In this document: positions 1 through 12,665 of the stretch, piece by piece
Layout: the number at the start of each line of letters is the position of its first letter
Numbering within the stretch: the first letter of the stretch is position 1
Source of the DNA: Vicugna vicugna
Lineage: Eukaryota
Assembly (NCBI GenBank): GCA_013265495.1
Contig: MU058451.1
Span: 665,023-729,022, forward strand
DNA length: 64,000 bases
Reading direction: 5' to 3'
Translations under genes and position numbers: made by a program
The notes under the pieces: generated by a model
Databases searched by the model: none
Told to the model about the DNA's origin: nothing
Seen by the model: only the letters and a program-made list of their open reading frames with translations

Positions 1-660
1 CTCTAGTTCATTCTAATAGTTTATCTATAACTTCTTTGGGATTTTTTTATTTATACAATAATGTCATCTGTAAATAATGAAAGTTTTCTTTCTTTCCCAT
101 TGTAGAACTTTTATTTATTTATTTTTATCTTATTTACTTTGGCTAGGATTTAAATATATTGTTAAATAAAAGTGATGTCAGAGGGCTCTCTTATCTAGAT
201 ATCAAAGGGAGATTTCCAACTTTTCACCATCAAAGATTGTATTTGTTACAGTTTTTTTTTGAAGTAAAGTAGACATACTTTATCAGATTAAGAAAGTTTT
301 CTTCTATTTTCAGTTTGCTGAGAGGTTTGGAATTTTATCAGATTTTCCTTTGTACATTTATTTAGAGAATTATGTTTCTTTTTCTTCTTTTATTCTTTTA
401 ATGTGAGAAATTACATTGATTGATTTTCAAATGTTAATCCATATTTGAATTCCTGAAATAAAACCAATTTTGCCATGATATAACATTTTTTATATATTGC
501 TAGCTTCAGTTGCATATACATACCTATATATTTATATAGTATATATATTATGTTTTACCATAAACATAAAAATATATAACACAATATTTATATACATTTA
601 GGCTTTTTTGCATCTATGTTCATGAAAGAGATTGGACTATAATTTTTCTTTCCTTCAAAC
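1..660 (-). mobile_element. Old, highly diverged L1 (L1M-type) ORF2 fragment with an AT-rich low-complexity patch at ~490-600
   Basis: T-rich antisense L1 ORF2-like motifs (e.g. 'ttacattgattgattttcaaatgttaa', 'tttgcatctatgttcatgaaagagattgg'). Confidence 0.7.
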
Positions 661-671
661 ACTCAGTTCTT

Positions 672-1524
672 TCTTCTAGTTTTATTGAGATATGACTGAT
701 ATACAGCACTATATAAGTTGAAGGTGTACAGCATAATGATTTGACTTATATATACCATGAAATGATAATCACTGTAAGTTTAGTGAATCATCTCATACAG
801 ATACAAAATTAAAGTAATAGAAAAAAACTTTTCCTTATGGTGAGAAATCAGGATTTGCTCTTAACAACTTTCATATATAACATAAAGCAGAGTTAATTAT
901 ATTTATCATGTTGTACATTACATCCCTAGTATTTATTTATCTTATAACTGGAAGTTTGTACCTTTTGACTGCCTTTATCCAATTCCCCCTCCCCTGACTT
1001 CTTCCTCCGGTAACCACAAATTTGATCTCTTTTTCTGTGAGTTTGTTTGTTTTTGAATTATGATTGACCTAAGAACAGTATGTTAGTTCCTGTTACACAA
1101 CATAGTGATATGATATTTTACACATTTCAATATGATCATCATGATAAATCTAGTTACAATATGTCACCATACAAATAATATTATTTAGTTATTGACTATA
1201 TTCCCCATACTGTATATTTCATACCTATGACTCATTTATTTTGCAACTGGAAATTTGTATCTCTTAATCTCCATTACTTATTTCTTTCCTCCCTCAACTC
1301 ACTCCCCTCTGCCAACCACCTGTTTGTTCTCTGTATCTATAACTGTTTCAGTTTTGTTATGTTTGCTCACTTGTTTTGATTTTTATATTCCACACGTAAG
1401 TATAATCATACAGTATTTGTATTTCTCGGTCTGACTTATTTCATATAGCATAATACCCTCCAGGTCCATCCATGTTGTCTCAAATGGCAAGACTTCATTC
1501 TTTTTTATGGCTGAGTAATATTCC

Positions 1525-1569
<45 letters not shown>

Positions 1570-3390
1570 CATTATATATAAATATCTATATAAATAAATA
1601 TATGTATGTATCACATCTTCTTTATTCATTCATCTAGTAATAAGCACTTAGGTTCCTTGGATATCTTGTCTATTGTAAATAATGCTGCAGTGATCATAGG
1701 GGTGGATGTATTTTTTGGAATTGGTGCTTTCGTTTTCTTCAAATAAATACCCAGGAGTGGAATTGCTGGATCATATGATAGTTCTATTTTTAATTTCTTG
1801 AGGAAACTTCATATTATTTTCCGTTGCAACTGTACCAGTTTACATTCCCACCAACAGTGCACGAGTTTCCTTTTCTCCACATCTTTACCAAAATTTATTT
1901 ATTTTTAAATAATAGCTATTCTCACAGGTATGAGGTATTATCCCAGTGTGGTTTTGACTTGCATTGCCCTGATAGTTAGTGATATTGAGCATCTTTTCAT
2001 ATGCCTGTTGGCCATTTGTATGTCTTTGGAAAAATGGCTATACAGATCTTCTGCCCATTTTTAAGGAGGGTTGTTTGTTTTTTGATGTTGAGTTGTATGT
2101 GTTCTTTGAATGTTTTGGATAGTAACCTTATTGGATATGTCATTTGCAAATATCCTCTCCCATTCAGTAGATGGTCTTTTCATTTTATTGGTAGTTTCCT
2201 TTGCTGTGTAAAAGCTTTTTAGTTTGATGCAGTCCCATTTGTTTACTTTTGCTTTTTTTCCCCCTTGCCTGAGGAGACATATCCAAAAAAATATTACTAA
2301 CTAGTATCAAAGAGCTTATTACTACCTATGTTTTCTTCTAGAAATTCTGTGAATTCAGGTCTTACATTTAAATCTTTAATCCATATTGAATTTATTTCTG
2401 TGTATGGTGTGAGAGAGTAGTCCAGTTTGATGTTTTGAATGTAGCTGTCCAGTTTTCCCAACACCATTTATTGAAAAGGCTCTCTTTCCCATTCTATATT
2501 TTTGCTTCTTTTGTCATAGACTAATTGCCCATACAAGTTTGGGTTCATTTCTGGACTCTGTTCTTTTCCAGTGATCTGTGATTCTGTTTTTGCCAATACC
2601 ATACTGTTCTGATTATTTTAGCTTTATGGTATGGTTTGAAATCAGGGAGCATGATACCTCTAGCTTTGTTCTTCTTTCTCAAGAATGTTTGGGCTATTCA
2701 GGGCCTTTTATGTTTCCATACAAATTTTAAATTGTTTGTTGTAGGTTAGTGAAAAATGCCATTGGTATTCTGATAGGGATTGCATTGAATCTGTAGATTG
2801 CCTTGGGTAATATGATAATTTTAAGAATATTAATTCTTCCATTCTATGAGCACAGTTCATCTTTCCATGTGTTTGTGCTATTTTCAATTTCTCTCATCAT
2901 TCTCTTACAGTTTTCTGAATATAGGTTTTTGCCTCATTAGTTAGATTTATTCCTAGGTATTTTATTCTTTTTGATGTGATTATAAATGGAATTGTTTTCT
3001 TAATTTCTTTTCCTGATGGTTCATTGTTAGTGTATAAGAATGAAACAGATTTCTGTATATTAATTTTGTACTCTGCAACTTTACTGATTTCATTGATGAG
3101 TTCTAGGAGTTTTTTTAGTGGCATCTTTAGAGCTTTCTACATGTAGTATCATGTCCTCTGCAAACAGTGGCAGTTTCACTTCTTCCTTTCCAGTTTGGAT
3201 TCCCTTTATTTCTTTTTCTTTCCTGATTGCTGTGGCTAAGACTTCCAATACTATGTTGAATAAAAGTGGCAAGAATGGGCATTCATATCTTGTTCTTGAT
3301 CTTAGAGAAAATGCTGTCTTTTTGATTTCCACTTGCATGAAGTACCTTTTTCTATCCCCTTACTTTCAGTCTATGTCTCTAGATCTGAAA
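672..3390 (-). mobile_element. L1MA9-like LINE-1, 5'-truncated and decayed: 3'UTR + ORF2 C-terminus/RT, with an internal deletion near 3315
   Basis: 3' end 'ttttattgagatatgactgatatacagcactatataag'. Minus-strand ORFs give L1 ORF2p motifs: 'MEYYSAIKKNE', '[23 protein letters not shown]', '[29 protein letters not shown]...LFAEDMIL'. Confidence 0.92.
1528..1567. repeat. (CA)n microsatellite, ~19 units, inside the L1
   Basis: Direct reading. Confidence 0.97.
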
Positions 3391-3824
3391 GAAGACAGAG
3401 TGCCCAAAGACTGGGGAAGACCAGTGTAGAAGGAATCCAACATGGGTGGGTGCAGGGAGCAGACAGACTGTATCAGGGGGATCCAGAGAAGGGGAGAAAT
3501 TAGGTGAGAGACTGGACATAAGGAGGGCTCCTATCCTTGGAAGGAATTGGAGGAAACAAAACCCTCAGATACAAAGGAATCGGATCTGGGAACCAATCCA
3601 GAGATTAAGGAATAGATAACACCTACTTCCTGGGCTGGAGTATAAAATAGTTAATGCAACTGGGGAATGGCTCAGCTGGACTAGGGCTCAGCCAAGGGGT
3701 CTTACAGAGTTCCCATAAAGGGAACAGTAGTGGTCTCAGCTTTGGTCATTTGGTTATCATAAAACTAGAAGTATTTGAGAGCTGGGATCCAGACATGTTG
3801 TTCATGAGATCTTCTTACAGTGGA

Positions 3825-4070
3825 AGCATTGTTGATATAGTAACAGGGACTTGGGCTAGAATGAGACACTTATGTTTCAGCTCTGCTGTTTATAATCTGT
3901 CTACTTTGGGTAGGTTACTTAACTCCTCTGAACTTTAGTTTCTCTATCTGGTGAAAAAGAAAATAATAATATATATCTAATAGACATTTTTGGGGAAAGA
4001 TTAAGTGAGCTAACATGTGGAAGCATTCTACTGAGTTCCAGGCACAGCATAGAAGCTCAGTGATAGTTTC
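3825..4070 (+). mobile_element. MIR SINE
   Basis: MIR core 'ttacttaactcctctgaactttagtttctctatctg' and 3' 'caggcacagcatagaagctcag'. Confidence 0.8.
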
Positions 4071-4369
4071 TCTCCCTGTTGTTAGACATTCATATGCTTG
4101 GGTGAATGTTTTTGCATTTGCTGTATTAACAAAATTCATTTTGCCTGCCAGGAGCAAAACACTGTAACAGTGAATGGTTTGATTTGAAGAAGGTAGGAAA
4201 AAAGGAAGAAGAAATAATACTGAATGTTAGGCCTGGGTGAAGTATCCACTGGAGTATCACTGAAATGATCTAGGGTATTCCAGAGTAGTCTTTTGGCACC
4301 TGGGAAGAGTGGCTTGCACATGTCCAGTTAACTGCTTCCTCATCTTTCTCTCCACTCTCCCTGCCACAT

Positions 4370-4530
4370 TACAGTAATTATAGAATGTACCTTTATTCTT
4401 ATAATTATTTGATTACTAGCTGTCTTCCTCACTGGTCTGCAGGCTCCGTGAGAGTACGGGACCTATTTGTACTACATGCATTGTGCCCACAGCATGCAAA
4501 GTGACCATGACAGTACCTAGCACACAGTGA
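4370..4530 (+). mobile_element. L2 3'-end fragment
   Basis: 'tgtcttcctcactggtctgcaggctccgtgagagtacgggacc...cagtacctagcacacagt' resembles the L2 3' terminus. Confidence 0.65.
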
Positions 4531-4768
4531 GAGGGCACCAGCTCTGGGAAGGGGAACACTAAAAACTTGAGTGCTGAGATCAATTAAATCAAACTTCTCT
4601 TCCTTTATGATTTTGCCTAGGGTTTTCAGAATTGTTAAAATGCTGCACAGATATTAAGATTCATTTGAAGGATCTTTGAGATTTATAAACTCTTATCACT
4701 ATCTACATCATGGGCATACTTTTCTTTCTGGAAGGTCTTGATATAGTTACTTATAAAATCTCTGCTTG

Positions 4769-4960
4769 GATACAACCTACTACATATGAAATAAACAAGA
4801 AGGTCCTACTATCTAGTACAGGGTACTATATTCAATATCTTGTAGTAAGTCATAATGGAAAAGAATATGAAAAATACATATGTATGGAAAACTGAATCAC
4901 TCTGCTGTACACCAGAAACTAACACAACATTGTCAATCAGCTACTTGAATTAAAAAAAAA
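4769..4960 (+). mobile_element. Short 5'-truncated cetartiodactyl-type L1 3' end with poly(A) and TSD
   Basis: 'actgaatcactctgctgtacaccagaaactaacacaacattg' followed by an A-run; TSD aaaatc(tc)tgcttg at ~4755-4768 and ~4959-4970. Confidence 0.88.
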
Positions 4961-7186
4961 AATCTGCTTGTATCAGCAGCAGTGCATGTAAAGCCCATGA
5001 GGCAACAGCAATACTTTACAGCTGCTGTAAGTATTTTAAAGGGAATGAATAAAAAGATTATCCATACTTCAGTAAATTTTAGAAAAGTATGATGTCAAAA
5101 TAATTATTCATCCCACTTATTTTTAGAAATACTTTTTAAACAAAAGAAATTATATTAATGGAGTACCTAAAAGTAGAATCTTATTGTGAAGGTTGAATAT
5201 ATATTACATTAATGATAAACAAAATTTTGTCTAAAAATATTGTGTGAAATATGAGAGTTACTGAAGAATGAAAATATAAAATTCCACCTTAAAAGTATAC
5301 TTACAATAAATTAAGTTCATATGTTAACTTTTATTAAGATTTTTTTTTTTGTTCAGGCATGAAAAATAACCTGAAAAGTCAACAACTCTTTACTTACAAG
5401 AACTTTTTTGTTTTTGGCATTGGCACAAAAATGAAGGTTGCTAAATTTGAACAGCGAGAGATTTTTCTTGGAGAGTGGATATGAAATATGACATCTTCGT
5501 TTTTGGTGAAACACCAAAAATAATGCTGTGGAATTAAGTGAGTTCACCAGTTTTCAAATGAAAACAGTTCAGGGAAAGAATGCATAAGATGTAGACACTT
5601 AAGGAAAATGTTTGCGTTTACCTGTCTCAGTTTGTCAGGATGTGATTGTGATGTTTTCCTAGGAAAATGTCTACATGTTTGAGTAATTGTTTCCATTATT
5701 TTGAAATGAAGGAAACAAGAAAAAATATTTTAACTCGCCAGAGGAAGTGAAGTAAGCATTTTCTACATGATTTCCTTAGCTACCATTTATTGACCCTCTA
5801 CTGTGCATGAGGCACTGGCCAAGGACTTCACATGTGTTCTCTTTGTCTTCACAACAGTTTTATAGATGTAGAAACTGATGCTTGCCCCATGTCCTAAATT
5901 GAATAGGAACAGCCTGAATTTTCACTCGGATCTGAGTTTCCATTAAAATATATTGCATCCTCCAAATTAAAGTTCTAAAAATGTGAACATTATAGATATA
6001 ATTTTAAATGCATAACAGAATTCAAAGAATCCAATAAAACAAAGTAGCTTCTTTTCTGAAGTGGTCAATTAATAATAGCATATATAGAAAGATTTTCATA
6101 TAAATCTTTTCATATAAATCTCTTAACAAATCTCTTAGATAAAGGGTTACTACTGATTTCCAATCTCCGTACTGAGAATCATTATCTATTGAGCTAATTA
6201 TAGTGGTGACATTTTTCTTGAATAGCAAGAATGATGACATTTTATCAGTGTAAACATTCATTCGTCTAAAATCTTTTCTGAGCTGATTATGGGGTATTAT
6301 CGTTGGTGATGAGATGAAGAGGCTGAGATAAACACAGCAAAAACCCCCTAAATGGGCTACTGGGAAAATAGCTTATCCGACAGAGAAAGGGTAGGCAGTC
6401 CCTAAAACCAACAACGGCAGGATGCTCTCAGGGACAGCAGGATCTGTCTCTGCCCTTGCCATGTATGGCATATGACAAACAGTAGTGAAAATTAGCCATT
6501 ATTGGCATTTGTCAACTCTCTGGCTCTGTGGCAGGAAAACGGAAACAGCAGCAATCATGCTCAATTTAAGTCTCTCGTGATGTCAGGCTATTCACGGACT
6601 CACACGGACATCAGAAGAGACTCAAAAAGGTTTACAGATGTGCAGTCAGCTATGACAGTGATGCTGCCAATGTGGCTCGCGGATCAACTCATGATTAAGA
6701 TATCAAAAGCGATCCCTGTAGCTTGCTGACAGCTGGTTCAATTGTTTGCACCTGTTTCCCCAGCATTACACATGTGTCTGGAATGGATTATTCTGGCTTG
6801 TGCTAGACACATTTCACCTTTCCTCACTGTGATGTCCTCCAGGAGCAGCACAGCTGAAGACCAGGTGGCTCTTACAAGAGCCCGTGGAACGAAGAAGTCA
6901 GTGTGCTTTTAGAAATAGTTCTGGGATGTCGGGGCTGCCAAGGTTATCAGTTAAGATTGGTTCTTGATTACAGTTAACAGTGATATATGAATACTGCTCT
7001 CTTCTCCATGAATCGGGGAAAGCTCTGCATCTCAGAGGGATGCTCTGCTCTCTTCAGATAACAGCATCACCGTTCATCCTGCCATCTTGAGTCTCTTGTG
7101 GAACCAGATAGGGGGTGTAAGTAAGTGAGTCAGTGAGCCATGCCGGTCTCCTGGACCTTCGTGTTGACCTGGATACCTCTCTCACC

Positions 7187-7560
7187 CTAGAGGCAAATTC
7201 ACCGTGAAGCTGACCAAGCTCAGGCGTCAAATTCTTGCAATTGCATGGGTCCTTTCCCAGGTTCTGTGAGCTGCCCTCGCAAGGGGTTCACATGGTTATA
7301 TATATTTGTAAAATGTGCAAAAGTAAGACATTTTAACCACAGTGGGTTAAGACTGTTGTTTCTGTCCACTTTGACTTCTCCTCTGACATACTTCCCATCA
7401 TGTGATGTGGTGCTGGAGTGGTTGTGGGCACTTTTAGTGTCTGGCAAAGGGGAAGCTGAGTTGCGGACACAGTTAGTTTGGGTTTAGTGGGATTTTTTTT
7501 TGCGGTTTTACAGTCACTTCCGCATATACTTAAATTATTGCTGGCTTCCAGGAATACTCT
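7187..7560. mobile_element. hAT-type (Tip100-like) DNA transposon relic, exact family uncertain
   Basis: Start 'gaggcaaattcaccgtgaagctg' and internal 'tttgtaaaatgtgcaaaagtaagacattttaacc' recall an ancient eutherian hAT consensus. Confidence 0.5.
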
Positions 7561-7699
7561 TGCTGTCCATTATTTATGCCTAAATTTGAATTCATAGTCT
7601 ATATTATTTTTCTTAAGGAGGGTAAAAGTTTCACGTGCCTCAATACCTGTTATCTTCTGCTTGTTCCTTTTATCTGGTCACCAAATCCTGTCAATTCCA

Positions 7700-7886
7700 T
7701 TTAGTACTCTGGTAAACTGACTCTTGAAAAACCAAAAAGTCAGATTTATAGTGTTTGCTAATTTCTGTGGCTGATTTCCATTGATGATTCCAAGATACCA
7801 ATGGTTTAGCAACCAGCTCAGAGAATTTCTGAATATGTAATGATTGACTCTTGCACGCTAGTACAAGATGGCTTCCGTATGCCATG
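7700..7886 (-). mobile_element. MER63-like hAT-Blackjack MITE
   Basis: 'ctggtaaactgactct...gatttatagtgtttgctaatttctgtgg...gattgactcttgcacgctagtacaagatggcttc' matches the MER63 reverse complement. Confidence 0.7.
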
Positions 7887-7959
7887 AATTCTCCCTCGGT
7901 AACAGTTCTACGAACTACCCTCTTTTCTAGTCTTTAGTTTTAATTACGTTGGTTCAGAC

Positions 7960-8650
7960 TCTCTTCTCTCCCCAGCCCCATCTTCCCAAGACCGCTGTTA
8001 CAGCTTCTTATCATATTTCCAGCAAATTGGCTGTTTTGGGCTCAGTCTGTTTTCTAAAATATCACAAGATTTACTTCTTGGGATGCCAATTTGACCATGT
8101 GAAACTCTTGCTTTTTTAAAATTGAAGAACACTTGATTGACAGTGTTTCCCGTGTACAGCAAAGTGATTCAGTTATACATACACATGTATCTATTCTTTT
8201 TCAGATTCTTTCCCATTTTAGGTTACTAAAAGATATTGAATATAGTTCCCTGTACTATACAGTAGGTCCTTGTTGTTCATCTATTTTATATATGGTAGTG
8301 TATATCTGCTAATCCCAAATTTCTAATTTATTTTCCCCCTTCTTCCTCAGTGGGCCTCTTGCTTTAATCCTCTTCTGGCTTCCCTGTTATCCATGGGGGG
8401 AAATGTCAACTCCTGACCTTGTTTACAAGCTCTTTCATGTTCTGGCTCTTACCCATCATCGGGCCTCCTGTCCCTCCATAGCACTGGGGCTTCCTGAGTG
8501 AACTCAACACTTCCCACACATGCTGAAACCATCACTTTCCTGTGCCTTTGTTCATGCTGTGCATCTGCTTGAATTCTGCTTCTTTTCTTTCTCCACTTGG
8601 CAAACTCCTGTGTACATGTCTACACACTGGTCTGTTTTTCAGACTGTGAA
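7960..8650 (+). mobile_element. L2 fragment interrupted by the L1 at 8115-8355
   Basis: 'tgaccatgtgaaactcttgcttt|aatcctcttctggcttccc...' is the L2 'tgatcatgtcactcccctgcttaaaaccctt' region split by the insertion. Confidence 0.6.
8115..8355 (-). mobile_element. 5'-truncated cetartiodactyl-type L1 3' end with TSD
   Basis: 'gtgtacagcaaagtgattcagttatacatacac...gaatatagttccctgtactatacagtaggtccttgttg'; TSD ctcttgcttt at 8105-8114 and 8356-8365. Confidence 0.9.
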
Positions 8651-9328
8651 CAAGTTTCTCTACCCTAAGGCCGCCTCAAGGATGTCTTCTGAGGGGACTC
8701 AGTGAATTCACAAAAGTTCACTTGAAAATCCAGGACACAGAGAGGGACAAAGGAATGAAATATCTCCATATAAGGAGTTATATTTCCCCAAATTCCTTGT
8801 GCACCTGACCAAACTACCAAATAAGATCTTGTTCCACTATATGAGGCCACTCTCTTCATTACTGGCTCTAACGTGAATCACTATTGCAGGATTAAAGAAA
8901 CTGTGCTTAAATATAGTCTCCCCAAGCAAGGAGTCAAACACTTAACCTCAAGTTTTCTGCTCACATCAGCTTTCAGGGGTAGTCATTATAATAATGCTCT
9001 TTGCTTGCTGAGCCTATGACCTGTGCCACATTGTCACATTAACAAACATCTGTGTCTCTTGCACTTTCAGTTGCATTGTCTGTGAAGATTATTTACCTTC
9101 ATAAAGTTCTTGGGTCCTCCAGCAGGGTCCTTTCCATACTTTTTATAGCATTGATGAGAATGCATGTAATCATGAGTTTATTGGCCTGTCTTCTATGACT
9201 AGACTATATGCTTTTCAATAGGTGCCATGTCTTGTTAATCTTGGTATTTTCAATGCCTGAGAAAATGGAGTGTCAACAGCATGTAGGAACCCTCAATCAG
9301 TACGTAGAGTAAAGAATAGATGAATGGG

Positions 9329-9447
9329 ACCATGGGAAAACAAAGGAGAAAAAAATGAGAGCATGGAGATTAAACAACATGCTACTTAAAAAAAAAACAA
9401 TGGATCAATGAGGAAATCAAAGAAGAAATTAAAAAATACTTTGAGAC
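9329..9447 (+). mobile_element. Isolated internal L1 ORF2 fragment (post-endonuclease linker), flanked by 18-bp TSD, inserted at an L2 3' tail
   Basis: Translates WRLNNMLL/QWINEEIKEEIKKYFET (frameshift in the A-run); TSD aaagaataga(tga/cgg)atggg at 9311-9328 and 9448-9465. Confidence 0.85.
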
Positions 9448-10140
9448 AAAGAATAGACGGATGGGTATATGAATGAAAGGATGTGGTAGGCAAGGCAGTG
9501 TTTAGGGTAGGAGGAATAAGTTTTTTCCATGTCCAAACAAGTGGCAGTTAGAATACTCTATTCCAGGATGATAGCATCGAACTACAACTCTGGAAATAAC
9601 AGTGGAAGCTCTTGGTTTTGTCACTATTAATGTTTACAAGTATAATATCTTTATGAAATTAATCCTTATTTTGTTATGGTAAAATTTAAACATTAAAAAA
9701 GAGATATAGTTGGGATGATAGGAGAAATGTTACTAGAATAGAAACCTGGTTTATGCATGTAGTGGATATACCATGAGTACCCAATGTGTACTTAGTGTTA
9801 TTTGAGAATAGGGAATGAACAGGGCCAACTGGGGGAAGAGGTGGTTAGATAAGAGAGGAGAAAAGGAAAAGCAGAGCGCAAAAGAAATGCAGAAGAGGCT
9901 GTTGTGATTAGTAGAGAAACACTTGCTACTGGGTATGTGGGAAAAACTAGGATGGAGCACAGGCATGAGGGAAAGAACGAATACTTAGAAGAGAAAGGCA
10001 GTAAGCTAAGTGAAAAAATGATAGGAATTTCTGAAATGGGTGAGAAGATCAGTGAAGGCACTAATTTCAGGCTGATTTACAAAGCACTTTCTGATACATT
10101 ATAAATAAACATTATATGTTGATGTATCTGAAATTTATGT

Positions 10141-10390
10141 CAGTGTTTCCCAAACTATGATCTGTGTAACACGAATGTATTCAAGATGGTCAGAGCTGTT
10201 TCACTGGGAAAATCTTCTGCATACCTTATAAACAACCTTCTTGTAAATTTATTTGCTCACTTAGATATTAAAGGCTCTGAAAATTTAAAAAAACATTTCC
10301 CCCTTTTTAAACTCAACTTACCCCAAACAGATCTAACCTTCTTCACTGCTTTTGTGAAACATCTACTGAGACATCAAAGGATGAGAATTT
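10141..10390. mobile_element. hAT-Charlie relic (MER112/MER113-like)
   Basis: TIR-like start 'cagtgtttcccaaact' and internal 'atattaaaggctctga'. Confidence 0.5.
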
Positions 10391-11184
10391 TCCCTGGTAC
10401 AAAGATATTTTTGATATTTTTGATATTTTTATATATGTATGTCATTTAATTTACTTTAAGGAAAACCCAAAATGTGACATGGAGGTTAACTGTTTGTTTC
10501 AACCAGCCTTAATTTTTAATATTTACAGAGACAAAAAATATGTACAAGCAACTTACTGTTTGAAGCTCCATTTTCTTCTCTTTGGTATGGTAGTGGATAA
10601 CTGCCCCACCAATTGTGAGGATGAGGGCAAGAGTACCTTTGAAAATGCATTCAAAAAGTTTAGAACAGCCACTGGGGAGGCAGCATGACCAGACCGCCAG
10701 ACTACGAGTCAGGAGACCCTCCTGCCAAACTGTCAGCCTCCAAAGTTAGTTCCAACTTGTTCCTCCTCCCAGATGGCCCAGACATATGATGGCTAGCCTT
10801 CTGCAAAGAAGAAATAGGGAGGGTACAGTGGAATCACATCATGTGCACATGTAACTGAAACAAGTCCAACTCTAGTTGTTCAGAGAGAGAGGGTGGAAAT
10901 CATACCATAGATTCTACCCACCAGCTCACAAATTGATTATGCATCCAGGTGTGAGCAGGAAATGGAAGGGAGAAATCTATTTCCCTTGATCAGTCTTAGT
11001 TCTTTTTTGTTTCTCCATGGTGTGAGCATCTTGCAGGGCTGAGTGTGATTACAGTATTAAAGATACAAGTTTTGCTTATCACATGATCCTTAAGTGCAGT
11101 CCAACTTTATTATTTGCTGCTCAACTGAAGAAATAGTCACCTGGGCCAAAGCTGCAGGAAAACTGATTCTTTTGGATCTTTCAG

Positions 11185-11365
11185 AGCATTCTGTCCAAAA
11201 GAACTTTTTGTGATGACAGAAAAGTTTTATGGTCTGTAGTGTCCAGTATGGCAGCAAGTGGCCACATGTGGCTGTCGAGTACTTGATGTGTGGCTAGTGT
11301 GACAGAGAATTTAAATGAGTAAAAGTTAACTTAAACAGCATAGCCTCATGCTACTATATTGAACA
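11185..11365. mobile_element. MER3 hAT-Charlie MITE
   Basis: 'ctgtccaaaagaactttttgtgatgacagaaa...gtccagtatggcagcaagtggccacatgtggctgtcgagtacttga'. Confidence 0.8.
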
Positions 11366-11974
11366 ATATTAGTTTTCTATTTCTGTTTGGCAAATTTCCA
11401 CAAATTCAGCAGTTTACACACCCCCATTTATTAGCTCACAGTTCTTTAGGTCAGAAGTCTGGGCTACCTTGACTGGGTTTTCTGCTTAGAGTCTCAAAAG
11501 ACTGAAATCAAGGTGTTGGCTAGGCTGGGCTTTTAACCAGAGACTTGGGAAGAATCTGCTTCCAAGCTCAATTCAGGTTATTGACAGAATTCAGTTTCTC
11601 ATGGTTGTAGGACTAAGGGCCTCGTTTCCTCGCTGGCTGTTGGCCAGGGGTTACTTGCAGCAGATAGTGGCCAGTCTCTGGTCGGTCCTCCCACATGCCC
11701 CTTCCATCTGTAAGCCACAGTGGCTTAGCAAATCCTTCTGGTGCTTTGAGTCTTTCTGATTTCCCCTTCTGCTACCAGCCTGAGAAAACACTCTGCTTCT
11801 AAAGGGTTCACTTGATTGGGCCAGGCCTACCCAGATAATCTCTGTATTTTAAGGCTAACTGACTAGGGACTTTGCATCTACAAAATCCCTTCACAATGGT
11901 TCTTAGATTAGTGTTTGATTGACTAACCAGGATTGGGACTCTCGGGAGGCCACCTTCAGAATTCTGCCTACCAC
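11365..11974 (-). mobile_element. MLT1E-type ERVL-MaLR solo LTR
   Basis: 'atttattagctcacagttctttaggtcagaagtc...aaatcaaggtgttggc...gaagaatctgcttccaagctca...agaattctgcctaccaca'. Confidence 0.85.
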
Positions 11975-12529
11975 AGTCACCTTAAGGTTTCCAATGATAA
12001 TTTTGACTGGGCTTGATTTTTGTATTTCACGTTAACTTTAGAACCCAACTCCCAGGTAAAATATGATCTCACAGTAGATAAAGTTCATTACTTTGGCTTT
12101 TAATTCTTTTTTTTTTGTTCTCAAGAATCACATTAAAAATGTAGAAACCTAGAAAATGTAAGCCTGTATCTACTAAGACTTTAACTTTTCACACTCAAGT
12201 TAAGATTAGGTAATATGTAGATGAGATGGGCTGGCTGGATTGAGGGGAAGGAGGATGGAGAGCCACCTGGGAAGGGTTGGGAGGAGGAGTCTAAAGGGAG
12301 GACTTCATGGCACCAAAGAACAACTTAATTCGTCTCTCAAAGTTGTCCGCCACTTTATTGTTGGGGCCATAGGTTGCCACTCCATGCCTTGGCATGCTGA
12401 GAGCTAGTAAGGTCAATAAAAAAACATGATTTGTGAAAAAAGAGGGATCCCTCAAATCGCTTCAAAGTGGTATCAGTCTGTGTTAATGGAAGCATTATGT
12501 CCTAAACCAGAAAAAAAATTATTTCCAGT

Positions 12530-12665
12530 GACTTGGCACTAGTCTTGCCTGAACATATTTCAACTGCTTTTAGTTTGGGGATACCACATGTTGAAAAAGA
12601 GACAAATTAGAGAAAATTCAGAGAGCGGCAACCAACATGATAAAATGTCTAGTTAAAGGTTCATG
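12530..12665 (+). mobile_element. L3/CR1 LINE fragment
   Basis: 'agtttggggataccacatgttgaaaaagagacaaattagagaaaattcagagagcggcaaccaacatgataaaa' resembles the CR1 RT C-terminal region (W..H...DKLE..QRRAT.MI). Confidence 0.65.
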
